Counted from the whole stretch's first letter, positions 12,310 through 26,499 are shown. The stretch is DNA of 63,747 bases, filler included, from Octopus bimaculoides (GCF_001194135.2; 4 parts of 4 records of this genome joined end to end with filler, not necessarily neighbours in it); one strand, 5' to 3'. The notes: generated by a model not told the origin, from the letters alone. Program-made: numbers and translations.

Positions 12310-13450
12310 CATAGGTCCACAGAGTTATTTATCGAGCTGTGTACCTACACTGCTTGCTTTTCTCAGCTGACTTCGCATCACTGGAGAGGGTATCAGCTTC
12401 CTGGGTTCTCTTTCAACAAATTGATCGGTGACAAAAACATCCCAGTCCGTCAAACGATTCGAAGTGTATAGGAAACCGATCATCCCATCCGAGCGTTTGC
12501 CATTATTGCAGTGTATTCCAAAGAGTATCAAGACCTCTAATATACCTTTCAACAGTGGAAGAATTATGTCGTTTAACTGAGCGTGTTGAAGAAATCTTGT
12601 AGTATTGAAATAGCACTACTCATACACTGTAATAGTCGTAATAATTCAAGCCTTCGCAAAGAACCATGTCGGAAGGCATTGTTCTTCCATGTAGTTCTAA
12701 TCTGAGACGTCAACGGAGGAATTGCGCTAGAGTCTTCCTATGCCTTTCATCAATTGTCTCGTCCCAATTGCGTTGCGTCTTATGTGATGTCGTTATAGTT
12801 TCGACAACAAAGCGGGTCACCCATTCGTTTATAGTAGGTAGTGTATGGTTTAGAATAAGAACCATCCTCTATGTAGTATTAGAAATGTTCCTCTGAATAA
12901 TATCTTTGGCTATTAATAAAGTCGTTAAAATTTTACAATTGCCACTTAATGCTTGGTAAGTGGTTGACGACAATATCAGCAGGTAAAACTCGATAGTCGA
13001 TAATGATTTGGCCCCAAGTTATCTTGGTATGAATCAAATTTGGTTTGGAATTTAATATCTCGTAAATATAGATTTCTTGTTGTGCACGACGGGATCTGAT
13101 AAACTCAGACCATACTTCGATTGGCTGTTATCTAGTATTCTTGTGACATTAGAGAAGGTCTTGGAAATCGTCAACTTCCCCATCATTTACTGTGAAATGT
13201 TCCTTCTACACAGCTGCAGAAACAACATAGTCTTGGATATCACTGGCAACAGAATGTACCTCAAACTCATTCAGATACCATTTGAAATGTATTATTTACA
13301 TTTTGTGACATACCTGGTTCTTTGCTATGGTATTTAAGCAACCTGCGATGATTTGAAGTTCACCATTTTATAATCTTTGCAATTATTCTTGATATAGTGC
13401 TTTTAGCTTAGTTGTTCAGATAAGACAATAAATGATGCATTTAACACAAT
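12310..13450 (-). mobile_element. Possible highly degraded Gypsy-type pol remnant
   Basis: Weak motif echoes only: VASDIQDY (RNase H-like) and GFLYTS..SPVMRSQLR (integrase C-terminal-like). No intact motif. Confidence 0.3.
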
Positions 13451-13555
13451 GTTTGTTAAATACTTGAAGCAGATCAAAAGATGGCCGATAACTGTGTTAT
13501 CGTAAAATAAGTACCAGTTGACCACTAGGGTCGATGTAGTCGGCTTACCTGTTCC

Positions 13556-13722
13556 TCGAACAAATCAACCCAGGGACTTATTCTTTGTAAGCATAGTAGT
13601 TATTCTATCGGGCTCTATTTGCCGAACGGCTAGATAATTGGGACGTAAACACCAAGATTGGTTGTCAAGTGATGGTGGGGGGTAGACAGAGACATACACA
13701 CACATATATATATATATATATA
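13556..13722 (-). mobile_element. SINE A/B tail fragment
   Basis: Matches 6110-6300; runs into (TA)n and a gap. Confidence 0.8.
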
Positions 13723-13774
13723 NNNNNNNNNNNNNNNNNNNNNNNNNNNNNNNNNNNNNNNNNNNNNNNNNNNN

Positions 13775-14007
13775 TCTTATTTATTTACTGCCCACAAGGG
13801 GCTACACACAGAGGGGACAAACAAGGACAGACAAACGGATTAAGTCGATTATATCGACCCCAGTGCGTAACTGGTACTTAATTTATCGACCTCGAAAGGT
13901 TGAAAGGCAAAGTCGACCTCGGCGGAATTTGAACTCAGAACGCAGTGACAGGCGAAATACCGTTAAGCATTTCGCCCAGCGTGCTAACGACTCTGCCAGC
14001 TCGCCGG
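13775..14007 (-). mobile_element. SINE family C, young copy
   Basis: Reverse complement closely matches 63447-63604; CpGs intact. Confidence 0.9.
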
Positions 14008-14064
14008 CTTCTTTCAGTTTCCGTCTACCAAATCCACTCACAAGGCTTTGGTCGGCCCGAGGCT

Positions 14065-14525
14065 GGAAGTCTGCTGTAAGAGTATGTCTGGCAACAGGAC
14101 GCTGCACCAAGGCCACACAACCAGGAGAACCCAGTCATGACTGTCAGACAATATCTGCAACCACATCACACCTAACATCTGACCACCTGACTCCCCAGAC
14201 TGCAACCCCCATGGTTATTATCTGTAGGACGCAGTTGAGCGACAGTCCAACAAAACACCTTATAACATCAAAGATGAACTGAAGGCAAGTATTATGGCAG
14301 CATTCACCAACTTAAACAATGAGACAGGTAAGAAGAGTTGCAGGAGACTCTGAAGTCGTCTGCAGGCCATGATTGAAGCCATTGGCGATTTTAGAGAATA
14401 AATTTACTCTTTAGATTTTCAAGACAATTTTATGTACTTTTGTTAAATATATCTGTTAAATTTAGATGCCAGTATTATTTTCGTTCTGGCGTAATTTAGA
14501 CGACAGCTTATTCACTGCACCTTGT
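14065..14525 (+). mobile_element. maT/DD37D-like mariner 3' remnant with right end
   Basis: YVWQQDAAP...I*PPDSPDCNP..DAVERQSNKTPYNIKDELKASIMAAF...RLQAMIEAIGDF*; ends ..ACTGCACCTTG^TA. Confidence 0.85.
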
Positions 14526-14560
14526 ATATATATGAACATACATACATATATATATATATA

Positions 14561-14618
<58 letters not shown>

Positions 14619-14636
14619 TATATACATACATATTAA

Positions 14637-14637
14637 G

Positions 14638-14687
<50 letters not shown>

Positions 14688-14692
14688 ATAAA
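14637..14692. repeat. (GATA)n microsatellite
   Basis: Direct reading. Confidence 0.95.
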
Positions 14693-16018
14693 TAGATTAA
14701 TAGCTAGAGAAGCATAAAAACAAATATACATGTGTATGAATGTGTGTGCACGCGCAGGTATATGTGCACGTGAGTGTGTATTTGTTTGTGCACTGAACTG
14801 AAATTATGTCAATGTACGCTTAAATATAAACGTGTATAATTACAAAAACGTACAAACTGTAGATGTAGATACACACAAGTACACACAGGCGCCCGAGCAC
14901 ACACACAAACACTTGCGTATATTAGCATACACTGACTACATTCCACTCCAGTAATTCGAAGCTTGTCTTGAAATTCATCAAAGCAAAATTTAATTTCAAA
15001 TTAAAGAAAAAATATTTGAAAAACGTATTCTGTTATTTATACATTTTAGTTCGATGTATTGTTTTGAAAATAGTTTCTTTATTATTTTTACTTTTGTCAT
15101 CAACTATTTAAAGGCTGCTCAATAATTACTTTGAATATCAATTGTTTCCAATTAGATGAACAAAAATGAACTGTAAAATAATTGAGGGGGGTAGTGAGGA
15201 GGGAAGCAAGAAAGGAATCGGGAAGAAAAATAATATATTAAATAAAGAATAAAAGTAAATTTACTTAAAAATATAAATATAAATATAAAAGCGAAATTTT
15301 AAAATGATGCTTCTCTAAACATTTATTACGATTGCTTTTGACAAAACAAGAATCACTCAGAATATATCAGACATTAATAAGACCAAGATAAGATTAGCTG
15401 TCTCAAAGAGGAAAAAAATATACAAGACAAGCAGGAAGTGTCTATATTGTATATTTTAACCGGCTTCTTTCCGCCTACTCCACCTCAAAACAAACGAGTA
15501 GTAACTCTGCGACATTATGTCTTCGTTCTTAACTTTTATGCGTTTTGGTTTTGTTTTACATTCCTTCAATATGTTTGCTGGGTAAATGAGATTTTCGGCA
15601 AAGAATGTAGTTTGCTAGCTGGACCATGTGATCGGTGCAAGTTCGAGAAGAACTGACGAAATATTTGTGCTGGTAACAAGTCTTTTATTCATAAACAACA
15701 TTGCTTAGCGTTTCGAGTCCGTATTTTATTTACGGTGAGACACCGATTAATGCAACCAGTGACTGTACGATGTCGGGATTATCATAGGAGACATCCATCT
15801 CTCGTCAGTTTGTAGCGTTCCACATTCAGGTATCTGATGTTGAGTAATTAACCGCTCTAAAATGCATTCATCCATCAGTCTGATTGGAGCTCACTTCGAA
15901 CTGATCCGCTATGCATACACTTATTGGTCTACAGCGAGAAATTTTCTCCATAACAAAAGGTAGTGAATGCGTTTCTTACGAGTTCGCATATGTCTCGAGT
16001 ATAATTCAGCATTTAACA

Positions 16019-16675
<657 letters not shown>

Positions 16676-16689
16676 AATAATAATAATAA

Positions 16690-17500
16690 TTATTATTATT
16701 ATTAGTAGTAGTAGTAGTTGTAGTATTCTTTCGTAACACTGAACATTGTGTAGTTAAAAAAGCACCGGAGTCTTTAGTCATCTCTCAAGTCACAACAAGG
16801 ACCTCAGATATAACACTTTCCTTAAGATGTGTGCTGTGCTCAATAAGGATGCCTTTAGCAAGACACCAATCTTGCATGGGATTTCTAGATGCCTTAAGAA
16901 GTCTTGAAGTCTCAATGGAATTGAGCACAGCGCTCCGATCACCACTGGTATCACTTTTACATTACCCTCTCGCATTCCATACTGTCTTGCCATTTCCACT
17001 TTCATTGGTGATTTTTTTCAACCTCTTTACTCACAACATTCATGTCATTTGGTATGGCTACATCAATGATCTTACAGTATTTGTCTCTCTTATTCAATAT
17101 GACAATATCCGGCCGACGGTGTTCGATTACATGATCAGTCTGAGAATCATAGTCCCAGAGCCTCGTTACTTGTCCGTCCTCCTGCACAACTTTACTAGGT
17201 ACATGATCATACCAGTTCACTGTTACTTCATGTTGGTGTTTACGCCATAAGAGCCAATGAAACACACACACTTTATCGTGGTGGCGTTCGTATTCTTTTT
17301 GTGCAAGGCTCTCACATCCACATACCAAGTGGGTCACATTTTCCACATTCATTCCACAGAGTCTGCATTTCTGGTGGTCAAACTTGGCTGGGTGTAGAAT
17401 TTTTTAAAGTTCAAATTCACATGACACACCACATTTCACGGTGGGGTACCCAACAACTGCTTCAGAAGTTGAGGACGCCAGCCGAGACGAAGGAACGGGA
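16690..17500 (-). mobile_element. R4/Dong-type LINE 3' end (zinc knuckle and REL endonuclease), pseudogenised
   Basis: KCRLCGMNVENVTHLVCGC..RHHDKV..HRRPDIVIL..IIDVAIP..KEVEK; VIPVVIGAL..LSTAHILRKVL; (TAA/TAC)n tail. Confidence 0.9.
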
Positions 17501-18937
17501 GCGAGAGACCATTTTGTATTTTATCTCTCTTTCCGTAATTTCTCCTTGAACTACATATTAAATAACGTGACAAATTGATGTATAGCTAACCAAAACAAGA
17601 ATCGAAACGCCATACCCAGGGAATCATTTCATATGAGAACCTTGATGCGATAGACGTATCCATTCAAATGGCTGTAAATGAAGTCACACTTCTGGACAAT
17701 AGTTTCCAGAAAATGTGAGAGAAGCTTTGAGGATTACCACAAGAATCTGATGAAACACCGACTGCAATTAAAAGGAGAATGCGACGAGGACAACAACAAC
17801 AAATATACAAGAAGAACGTGAACGACATGTTCTATAAGATCGTCATCAACAAAACAAGAACAATATTTGAAGAGATGCACAGAGAGGGAGAGAGGGAGAG
17901 AGTATGAGGAAATATATACTTTATAGACTTGAAATAAAACAAGAAAATTATTTGTAAATGTAAGTATATTAATGAACAAACAAGACAAGTAACTCAATAG
18001 CCTGTAATTTAATGTCTACTTATGTATGTGTGTGTGTCTATAAGCGTATATGTGTGTATGTGTGTGTGTGTGTTGACGTGTGCGTATTTGTACATGTGTC
18101 TGTATGTGTGTGTGTGTGTGTGTTTATACGTCACTCTTTCACACTGCCATCCTTTCTGTCCTCTTCTTTCAGTCTGTCTCACTCACTCACTCACTCTTTC
18201 TTTCTCTCTCGCTCTCTTTCTTTTCTGATATCCCCCCCCCTCTCCGTGCTGATTTATTTTGTCGTATTTTACTTTGATAAGCAACATTAATACATTGCTT
18301 CAAACCGGAAATTAAAGACTGTCAAGAATATATATATATATATATATATATACATACATACATACATATATATATATATATGTATATCTATGTATATATA
18401 TAAATAAATATATATATATATATATGTATGTATGTATATGCATACAGACATTCATTTAAATATATATACGTACCTATGTATACATGTATATATGTTTGTA
18501 TGTATTTATGTGTTTATGTATTCACACGCATAAAACCAAGTGCAAAATTACACATAATTTTACATACAACCGTAAACATACACCATCACACACACATACA
18601 TACATACATACATACGTATGTATATAGGCCTATATGTATATAGGCCTATATATATATCGGCACGGACAAAAAGAAAGCTAACCACAGGACTTCTAACACG
18701 CATTGATAGATTCTGTTAAACATACTTATATAATAAACGAAATGTCTATATTTGTTAAAATAAATATCCACTTCCGTTGCGGCGTTAAGTATTTATGTGT
18801 GCAGTTGTATAAGCAATTAACAATGCATACATTTATACCTAGTTACATACATAATTGAACGCTCACTACAAATTTCGTATGTACGCATACTTGTACACAC
18901 ACACAAATCCCCACACACATAAGCAACACTGGTATAA

Positions 18938-18974
<37 letters not shown>

Positions 18975-19036
18975 CGTGTGTATGATAAAGCAATATAAGG
19001 TATATATTTCTATGCTGTGCATTAGAGTAAATGCGT

Positions 19037-19210
19037 GTTGGCAAGCTGGCCGAACGGTTAGTCTGCTCGTTTCGCAATCATGTGGTCGCGAGTTTGATTT
19101 CATTGCGTCTCACCTTGGTCAACCATTTTCTATTATTTTCCTTGAATCGACCCAAGATGGGACCCAAAATTGGGCCTGTAAATTCAAATGTCTAGCCCTG
19201 TCATAGTGTG
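19037..19210 (+). mobile_element. Degenerate tRNA-derived SINE head
   Basis: A-box-like TGGCCGAACGG and B-box-like GAGTTTGATTTC. Confidence 0.4.
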
Positions 19211-19320
19211 TCTTGGAAGCTTATTCACGTAAGAATTACTTTAAAAATAACCTGTTTACGGAATATTCAGTTGCTTACATGGTATGCATTACAGAGAGTA
19301 TTTCTATTGATTGGTTAACT

Positions 19321-19400
19321 CAGCGGTTCCCAACTAGGGGGTCATATGACCCTTGCGGGTACACAGAATATTTTCTTGTTAAAGTTTATGTACAATAAAT
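19321..19400 (+). mobile_element. Possible hAT-type MITE terminus
   Basis: CAGCGGTTCCCAAC resembles hAT/Charlie TIRs; partner end not seen. Confidence 0.35.
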
Positions 19401-19409
19401 TGTTTAACT

Positions 19410-19625
19410 CTTTTACTTGTTTCAGTCATTTGACTGCGGCCATGCTGGAGCACCGCCTTTAGTCGAGCAAATCGACACTACTACTTATTTTTTGTAAGCC
19501 TAGTACTTATTCTATCGGTCTCTTTGGCCGAACAACTATGTTACGGGGACGTAAACACACCAGCATCGGTTGTCAAGCGATGTTGGGGGGTACAAGCACA
19601 GACACACCAACATATACACACAAAC
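19410..19625 (-). mobile_element. SINE A/B tail, young copy
   Basis: Matches 6110-6300; CpGs intact; ends at a gap. Confidence 0.85.
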
Positions 19626-20755
19626 NNNNNNNNNNNNNNNNNNNNNNNNNNNNNNNNNNNNNNNNNNNNNNNNNNNNNNNNNNNNNNNNNNNNNNNNNNN
19701 NNNNNNNNNNNNNNNNNNNNNNNNNNNNNNNNNNNNNNNNNNNNNNNNNNNNNNNNNNNNNNNNNNNNNNNNNNNNNNNNNNNNNNNNNNNNNNNNNNNN
19801 NNNNNNNNNNNNNNNNNNNNNNNNNNNNNNNNNNNNNNNNNNNNNNNNNNNNNNNNNNNNNNNNNNNNNNNNNNNNNNNNNNNNNNNNNNNNNNNNNNNN
19901 NNNNNNNNNNNNNNNNNNNNNNNNNNNNNNNNNNNNNNNNNNNNNNNNNNNNNNNNNNNNNNNNNNNNNNNNNNNNNNNNNNNNNNNNNNNNNNNNNNNN
20001 NNNNNNNNNNNNNNNNNNNNNNNNNNNNNNNNNNNNNNNNNNNNNNNNNNNNNNNNNNNNNNNNNNNNNNNNNNNNNNNNNNNNNNNNNNNNNNNNNNNN
20101 NNNNNNNNNNNNNNNNNNNNNNNNNNNNNNNNNNNNNNNNNNNNNNNNNNNNNNNNNNNNNNNNNNNNNNNNNNNNNNNNNNNNNNNNNNNNNNNNNNNN
20201 NNNNNNNNNNNNNNNNNNNNNNNNNNNNNNNNNNNNNNNNNNNNNNNNNNNNNNNNNNNNNNNNNNNNNNNNNNNNNNNNNNNNNNNNNNNNNNNNNNNN
20301 NNNNNNATGTTAAAAAAATGAGCAGAAATCACGTTTACGCTTTCGCCGGTTTCCTACGACCAAAACATCAATAACAATGATTTTACTTAAGAACAGAGGA
20401 TAAAGTGGCATTCTTGACACTAACACATTTTACAAAGCCTTTTTATATTTTTTCCAATGTTTTCCGAGTGATTTTGAAGAGAGGTATGATAACAAAGACG
20501 GAAAGTTGCAATAAAACTATTTCATATGAGAAAAAAAAAAAAAACTCTCATGATGGACTATTTATTACTCTATTATCACTTTGGACTAAAGTCTGTGGCC
20601 TTTCTGGGACGTCGCTACTGAAGCTGCGTCATTGAATAACAATGCTGCAATACATTGAGACAATAAAGAGTTGGAAATATTTAAGAAAACAAAAAAGAGC
20701 AGTGTTTGATACTTACATTAGATAAACAGAGAAATGCAGAAAAACCAGACAGGTA

Positions 20756-20787
<32 letters not shown>

Positions 20788-20804
20788 TGATGATGACTAT
20801 AATG

Positions 20805-20974
20805 ATAATGATCCTTGGAGTACCATCCATGTAGGAAGTGCAAAGATTGTCTTAACTAGTACGTCACATGTATTGAGAAGAGCATTGTCGCTGTAAAATT
20901 TCTTCCATTTTTTTTCCCCTCTTTTATTATATTTGTTTACTTTTCTCTTTTTTAGTTCTACCTTTTTGTCGATG
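20805..20974 (+). mobile_element. REL-type LINE extreme 3' end
   Basis: KIVLTSTSHVLRRALSL*, homologous to LSTAHILRKVL at 16.8 kb; 5' flank is a (TAA)n array. Confidence 0.6.
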
Positions 20975-21166
20975 TTATCCAAGGGAAAAGCAAAGGCCGA
21001 TACAGCTTGGCACCAGTGACGTCACAACTCATTTCTACAGCTGAGTGAACCGGAGCAACGTGGAATAAAGTGTCTTGCTCAAGAACACAACACACAGCAC
21101 GGACCGCGAATCAAACTCACTACCTCATGATTGTGAGGCTGACCCTCTAACTACTTAACCATGCGC
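20975..21166 (-). mobile_element. tRNA-headed SINE with CORE-like domain
   Basis: Reverse complement: GCGCATGGTTAAGTAGTTAG (A-box), GAGTTTGATTCGC (B-box), TTCTTGAGCAAGACACTT (CORE-like). Confidence 0.75.
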
Positions 21167-21792
21167 AATTATTCATAAAGAAGCATTGAATTATAATTTC
21201 AAAGCGGAGAATCATAGAGGTGTGACGTTATTTCTTTTTTCTCTATCAAGCATGATTGTCGTTGGTGTGGATGAAGCGAGTTGAAATGAAATCACACGAA
21301 ACCACATCGGTGATATAAATTTCGGTATATTTGTTTCTGAGCACTGATTCTCTCCCCATACATACATACATACGCCCCACTCCACACATACATATATATA
21401 GATACATTAAAAATCCAAACACGAGTACGATACTGAGAAACAGGCAGAAGTTCTAACCTTAATTTCATAAATGTCCATGGTTGTAGATGTATATATGTCC
21501 GTATATGAGTATCATTGTGTGCGTGTATGTGGGCTTGTGTGTGTAATTGTGCGTGTGTGCATGTGTGTCTGTGTGTGAGTGAGTTTGAGTGTGTGTGAGT
21601 GAGTGTGAGTGCAATCGTGTGAAGTACATTGAAAGCGAAAATATAATTGATTTGCATACACGCACGCACATACACACACATACATATCTATATGTACACA
21701 GATACAAACTGTCACTGTTAACGCCATGTATATATATACGTATGCATGCATATGTACATATATATATGTGTGTGCGTGTGTGTGTCTGTATG

Positions 21793-21836
<44 letters not shown>

Positions 21837-22439
21837 GGTCTGTATATGTATGGAGCGAAATAAGTAATAAATTATTGAGAAATGGCGTGTACATTGTTGT
21901 TATTGTCAATAATGTTTAATATTTGTATTTTGTACACCATTAAGAACAGTAGATCTGGATATTTGTAGGCAGTATTGAAGCAATATACTTAAAGTCAGTA
22001 TGATACACAAACTCAATTTCTTTAAATTGTTCAAAGCTCACAGGAAATCATGTTTTCCTTAATTTTCAATTCACTATTTATGTTCTCTGGTATTTAGGAA
22101 AAAAGAATTATTTACATAGAAATTCAGGCTTACATTTCTTGAATTAGCCTGCACACACTCACACAGCCATGCAGACAGAAATATGAGCAACGCACACACG
22201 TACGCGCGCAAGCATGCGCTCACTCACACGCAATGTATATATGCGTAGATGCACACATGAATACATGTGTATCTTCGTACATGTGCATGTGTGAAGAATG
22301 TTATACATATATACGTATATATCTATACACATATGCATATATGCACGTGTAAATATATATATATATATATGATATACATTCATATATAAATACAATTCAT
22401 AATATATAATGTGTATATATATATATATATATATATGTA

Positions 22440-22481
<42 letters not shown>

Positions 22482-22539
22482 TCAATTAATACCTGAGCTA
22501 CATTAAATTTCATACAATAATATAATGTATAAAAGTATA

Positions 22540-24060
22540 AAAGTCACTACTCGTACATAGACTACGCGCGTTTCATGGCTGACATAGGACTAAATAAAAT
22601 CCTTAGAAAATTCTATCCAAGTTCATTAGAACGGGAAAATGATTTTACTCCCCAAATCAGTCACCCTTCAGGCCAAGTTCCTAAAAAAATGCCTAAAATC
22701 ATTCAAGGAATAAACATAAACATGAGAAATAAAAATACATATAAAGAGACAAAACCTGTAAAATAACCCCTACGTTAACGGCATTAATATAATTATTAAA
22801 AGTTACAAACGAAAAGTATTGAAAAAGAGTATTATTGTGAACAATTTATAATTATTATGGAAGAAGTAAAAATATAAAAAAATGTGTTTGTGTATAAAGT
22901 GAATAAAAGTCGTATGTCAAAATTGTTTAGAAAATTTTAAAAAAACATGACTTACCTGCCGGCGAGTTACTGTAAATTAAACCAAAATGGGTGTACTTTA
23001 GAATTTATACTGAAAAGTCATGTGATAAATATGGCATCCATTACCCAGAGGTAAATATGTATTATATTTACTATAATAATAACGAAATATCGAAAAGGAA
23101 GATCTACCTAAAGTATATAGTTAGTTGGAGATTAGAAATACTTAAAAAACTTAAAACTCTAAGATCTACACAGAATAATAACTGTACCAAATACGAAAAT
23201 TATATTTTACGTAAATAATGCTATGAAACATTGTAAAAGAATGCTCATATTATCGTTGAATAATTTATAGTCAAAGGTAGTTATTAGTTCTAATTTTAAC
23301 TAATATTGTGATGTTTAAAATGTATTCTAAAGCTAATTTGAAGTATTTAACGCTACTAATCATAACTATAAGTTGGTAACTTATCCTAGGTTTAAATAAA
23401 TAAATTAGTTATCTAAACTTTATTATATAAATAATTTAATTTATTTCTACATTTAATATTACATTCATCGTGGGAGTTAATCAATTATTTATTAGCTAAC
23501 AATATCTCTTTAAATTCGTTTGTACATAATACGCAGAATTATTTCTCTATCCTATAGGATTTAGCCTTGCAAACTATTTCCCATTTTAACTCGTATTCTA
23601 TTCTTTTTGATTTAAGTCTCCAAATGTATTTACTACAGCCCCTAGAGTTCATCAAATTTCTGTTCTTAAAAGAATTCATATGTTGGGCCACCCGTGATTT
23701 AATTTTATTGGAAGTCGATCCAATGTAAGTAGTATTTATGTTGTTATTATTATTAGTATAGTTATTATCTTTCAAAATCACTATACGTTTACAAAGTGAG
23801 CTCGTTCAAATAAGCGTCCTGCCTCGATATTGAAGGTAATAGTGCTACTTTTTATATTCGATGGTATCCTGGTTTTATGATCACTTCCGTTGATATCACA
23901 ATTGAAGTGTGGTTTTAAAAATAGTAACGACTAGAATGTGCAGTTGCTGCAGTCGAAACATCTGTAGGTGTGATGTATATGCTATAGAAAACTTTTAAAT
24001 AAAGAACTTTTTCAATGTGAATAAAATCCCCACTCTCCTCTTCGTTATCAACGTTATTGA
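22540..24060 (-). mobile_element. Penelope-like element 3' remnant (GIY-YIG fragment and AT-rich terminal region)
   Basis: ORF 23539-23781: TYIGSTSNKIKSRVAQHMNSF..SKYIWRLK..YELKWEIVCKAKSY, typical of the PLE GIY-YIG endonuclease. A hammerhead-like motif lies downstream. Confidence 0.75.
22558..22676 (-). ncRNA. Degenerate type-I hammerhead ribozyme (PLE-associated)
   Basis: Reverse complement: TTGGC-CTGAAGG-G-TGACTGA-[long loop]-TCAGCCA-T-GAAA-CGCGCG-TA-GTCTA. Palindromic stem III, GUA site; A9 changed to G. Confidence 0.6.
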
Positions 24061-24349
24061 ATACTCTACGGAATATTTACAGTCTTGAATAGGAACCCGA
24101 AATTACCCAAAGAGTGAAGTTTACCAGTAACGGTTTCTCTTTCTAATCGTTGATTCTACATACAGCACCGTTATGAATAGCCGGCATCTAAACCAATTTG
24201 AGATATTCGGTATCCGCCAGGATAACTTATCCCTTTTATCTCTGTCTTTCTCTCTGTCCGAGTCTCTCTCTCTCTCTCTCTCTCTTTATATGTATCGCAA
24301 TGATTGATCGCTAGCCACTAAACCTTTTTTTTTATTTTCTCTCTTTTTT

Positions 24350-24530
24350 ATTTTCTCTCTTTCGTCCGTTTTTACGTTCTGAGTTCAAATTCCGCCGTGG
24401 TTAACTTTGCTTTTCACGCCCTCGGAGCCGATAAAATAAGTACCTATTAAGCACTGGGGGAGGGTCTATGTAATTGAATTAACCTCTTTCACACGAAATT
24501 ACTGGCCTTATGCCAACATTTGAAGCAGCT
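24350..24530 (+). mobile_element. SINE family C, diverged
   Basis: GAGTTCAAATTCCGCCG..GCCGATAAAATAAGTACC. Confidence 0.75.
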
Positions 24531-25808
24531 ATTATGACTGCAGGAAATTAAGAAAAGGTTCTATAATTCTGTTACCCAATAATTCAGTGACTGATAACAT
24601 ATTATGATGGGAGCAAATTAAATTTAATTTAATAAAATTATAATCCCGTTAAAAGCATATAAACATAGGGCGAAAAGTTAAGCAAATGTAGTCGTGGTAA
24701 CACCAATATTTTAATTAATTAAATTTTGAGTTACACATGCATTGATGAAAAATGTAAATATTAAACTAATATCAATTCATTCTCATATTTATTCAACTGG
24801 CTGGAAATTCCAGGTATGTTTCTATCAAATCTAACCTCCTCAGCCAAGCATAACATTTACAAGATCTTATCAAGTACAAAGAGATGGACACGATGTCGTG
24901 TGACTAACTAAAATAAGGATGAGGTGACATTTTCTTGGAACCCTATCTTCTTGAAACAATAATAGTTAAGTAAGTGCTAGCACAGTTAATGCAATGAACA
25001 ACATAATTAATGTAAAGTGCAAAAAATTAAATTGATTGAAATTGCGTTAACAAGAAGGATACTTGCTGGGATTTAGAGCCATGAGCCATGAATACTCGGA
25101 TTAGATTAAATTAATATCTGTACAGAAGCATCATATTTTGATTAATTAACATTCGGAGTTTTCTTCGATTTTTATTGACCAGATTTAATTAAGTCTATAT
25201 TCTCGTCACTGAAACGTATTTCTGTTCATTTTTTTCTTATCGTGAACTTAAATGTGTTAGCACTTAACTATATTAAAATTGATTTCAATGGCCAGGGCAC
25301 ACAGCAATCATTAATGAACATGGAGCATCATTACATGTTATACATGACTTTTGCATGCGTATTTATTACTATGTTAAAGAAAACTGAAGTCAATTAATTG
25401 AAATGTTAGATTCTACCGGTATAGTATTCCCTGCAGATTTACGGATAATGAATAGTCGCATAATGGATTCGGCGAGACTCACAGATTTATTCGTTTTCAC
25501 AGAATAGGAAGCTCGAGTTTTAAAAGATGTTAGAATCAAAACTACAAGATTATGAAACATTCGTTTGTTTAACAATGCTGCCACTGCAGAGAAGAAACGA
25601 CTTGTGAGCGAGAGGAGGACATTTCTACGAAACTATACACGGCCTTCTTAAACAACGACGTTTTGTATAATATAAGTGTGGGTGCTGTGTGCTTGCTAAA
25701 GGACGATAAAAGTCACGGATGAATGTTACAGATCATAGACTTGCGTCACCAAGCCCGAGGGCCAACAGCAGGCAGCAAAAAGTAGTAGCACTACAAAACT
25801 GTGTGGAT

Positions 25809-25999
25809 AGGCGCAGGAGTGGCTGTGTAGTAAGAAGCTTGCACTTCTTAACCACATGGCCCGGGGTTCAGTCCCACTGCGTGGTACCTTAGACAAGTGT
25901 CTTCTACTATAGCCTCGGGCCGACCAAAGGCTTGTGAGTGGATTTGGTAGATGGAAACTGAAAGAAACCCGTCGTGTATATATATATATATATATATAT
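25809..25999 (+). mobile_element. SINE A/B head
   Basis: AGGCGCAGGAGTGGCTGTGTAG..GGTTCAGTCCCACTGCGTGG; runs into (TA)n and the spacer. Confidence 0.9.
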
Positions 26000-26099
26000 N
26001 NNNNNNNNNNNNNNNNNNNNNNNNNNNNNNNNNNNNNNNNNNNTTAATTAATTAANNNNNNNNNNNNNNNNNNNNNNNNNNNNNNNNNNNNNNNNNNNN
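26000..26099. other. Synthetic scaffold spacer N44-TTAATTAATTAA-N44
   Basis: Exactly 44 N + 12-mer + 44 N; identical at 37198 and 62173. Confidence 0.95.
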
Positions 26100-26184
26100 A
26101 TATATGTGAGGAAGTTGGTATGTGAAAGCACGTGGTTGGATGTATAAAAGATAATAAGAGTGAAAAAACTACAGAAGGCTTGTG

Positions 26185-26247
<63 letters not shown>

Positions 26248-26250
26248 CAC

Positions 26251-26414
26251 GACGGGCTTTGTGTTTCAGTTTCCGTTGACCAAATCTCCTCACAAAGCTT
26301 CGGCAGGCCCGAAGCTATAGTGGAAGATAATTACCCAATTTGCAACGCAGTGGGACTGAACCTGGAACCATGTTGCTGGGAAACAGACTTCTTACCACAC
26401 AGCCACGCCTGCGT
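26251..26414 (-). mobile_element. SINE A/B head
   Basis: Reverse complement of 25809-25975. Confidence 0.85.
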
Positions 26415-26499
26415 CTATATACAGATTTTATATATAAATATCCTGAAGAAAAAATTATATGGAATTCAGTCAAAAAATATAACCACGTACTGACTTAGG

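Noticed and set aside
25809-26414. Convergent inverted SINE pair
   Set aside because: The two copies lie on opposite sides of a synthetic spacer, so their adjacency is not established.
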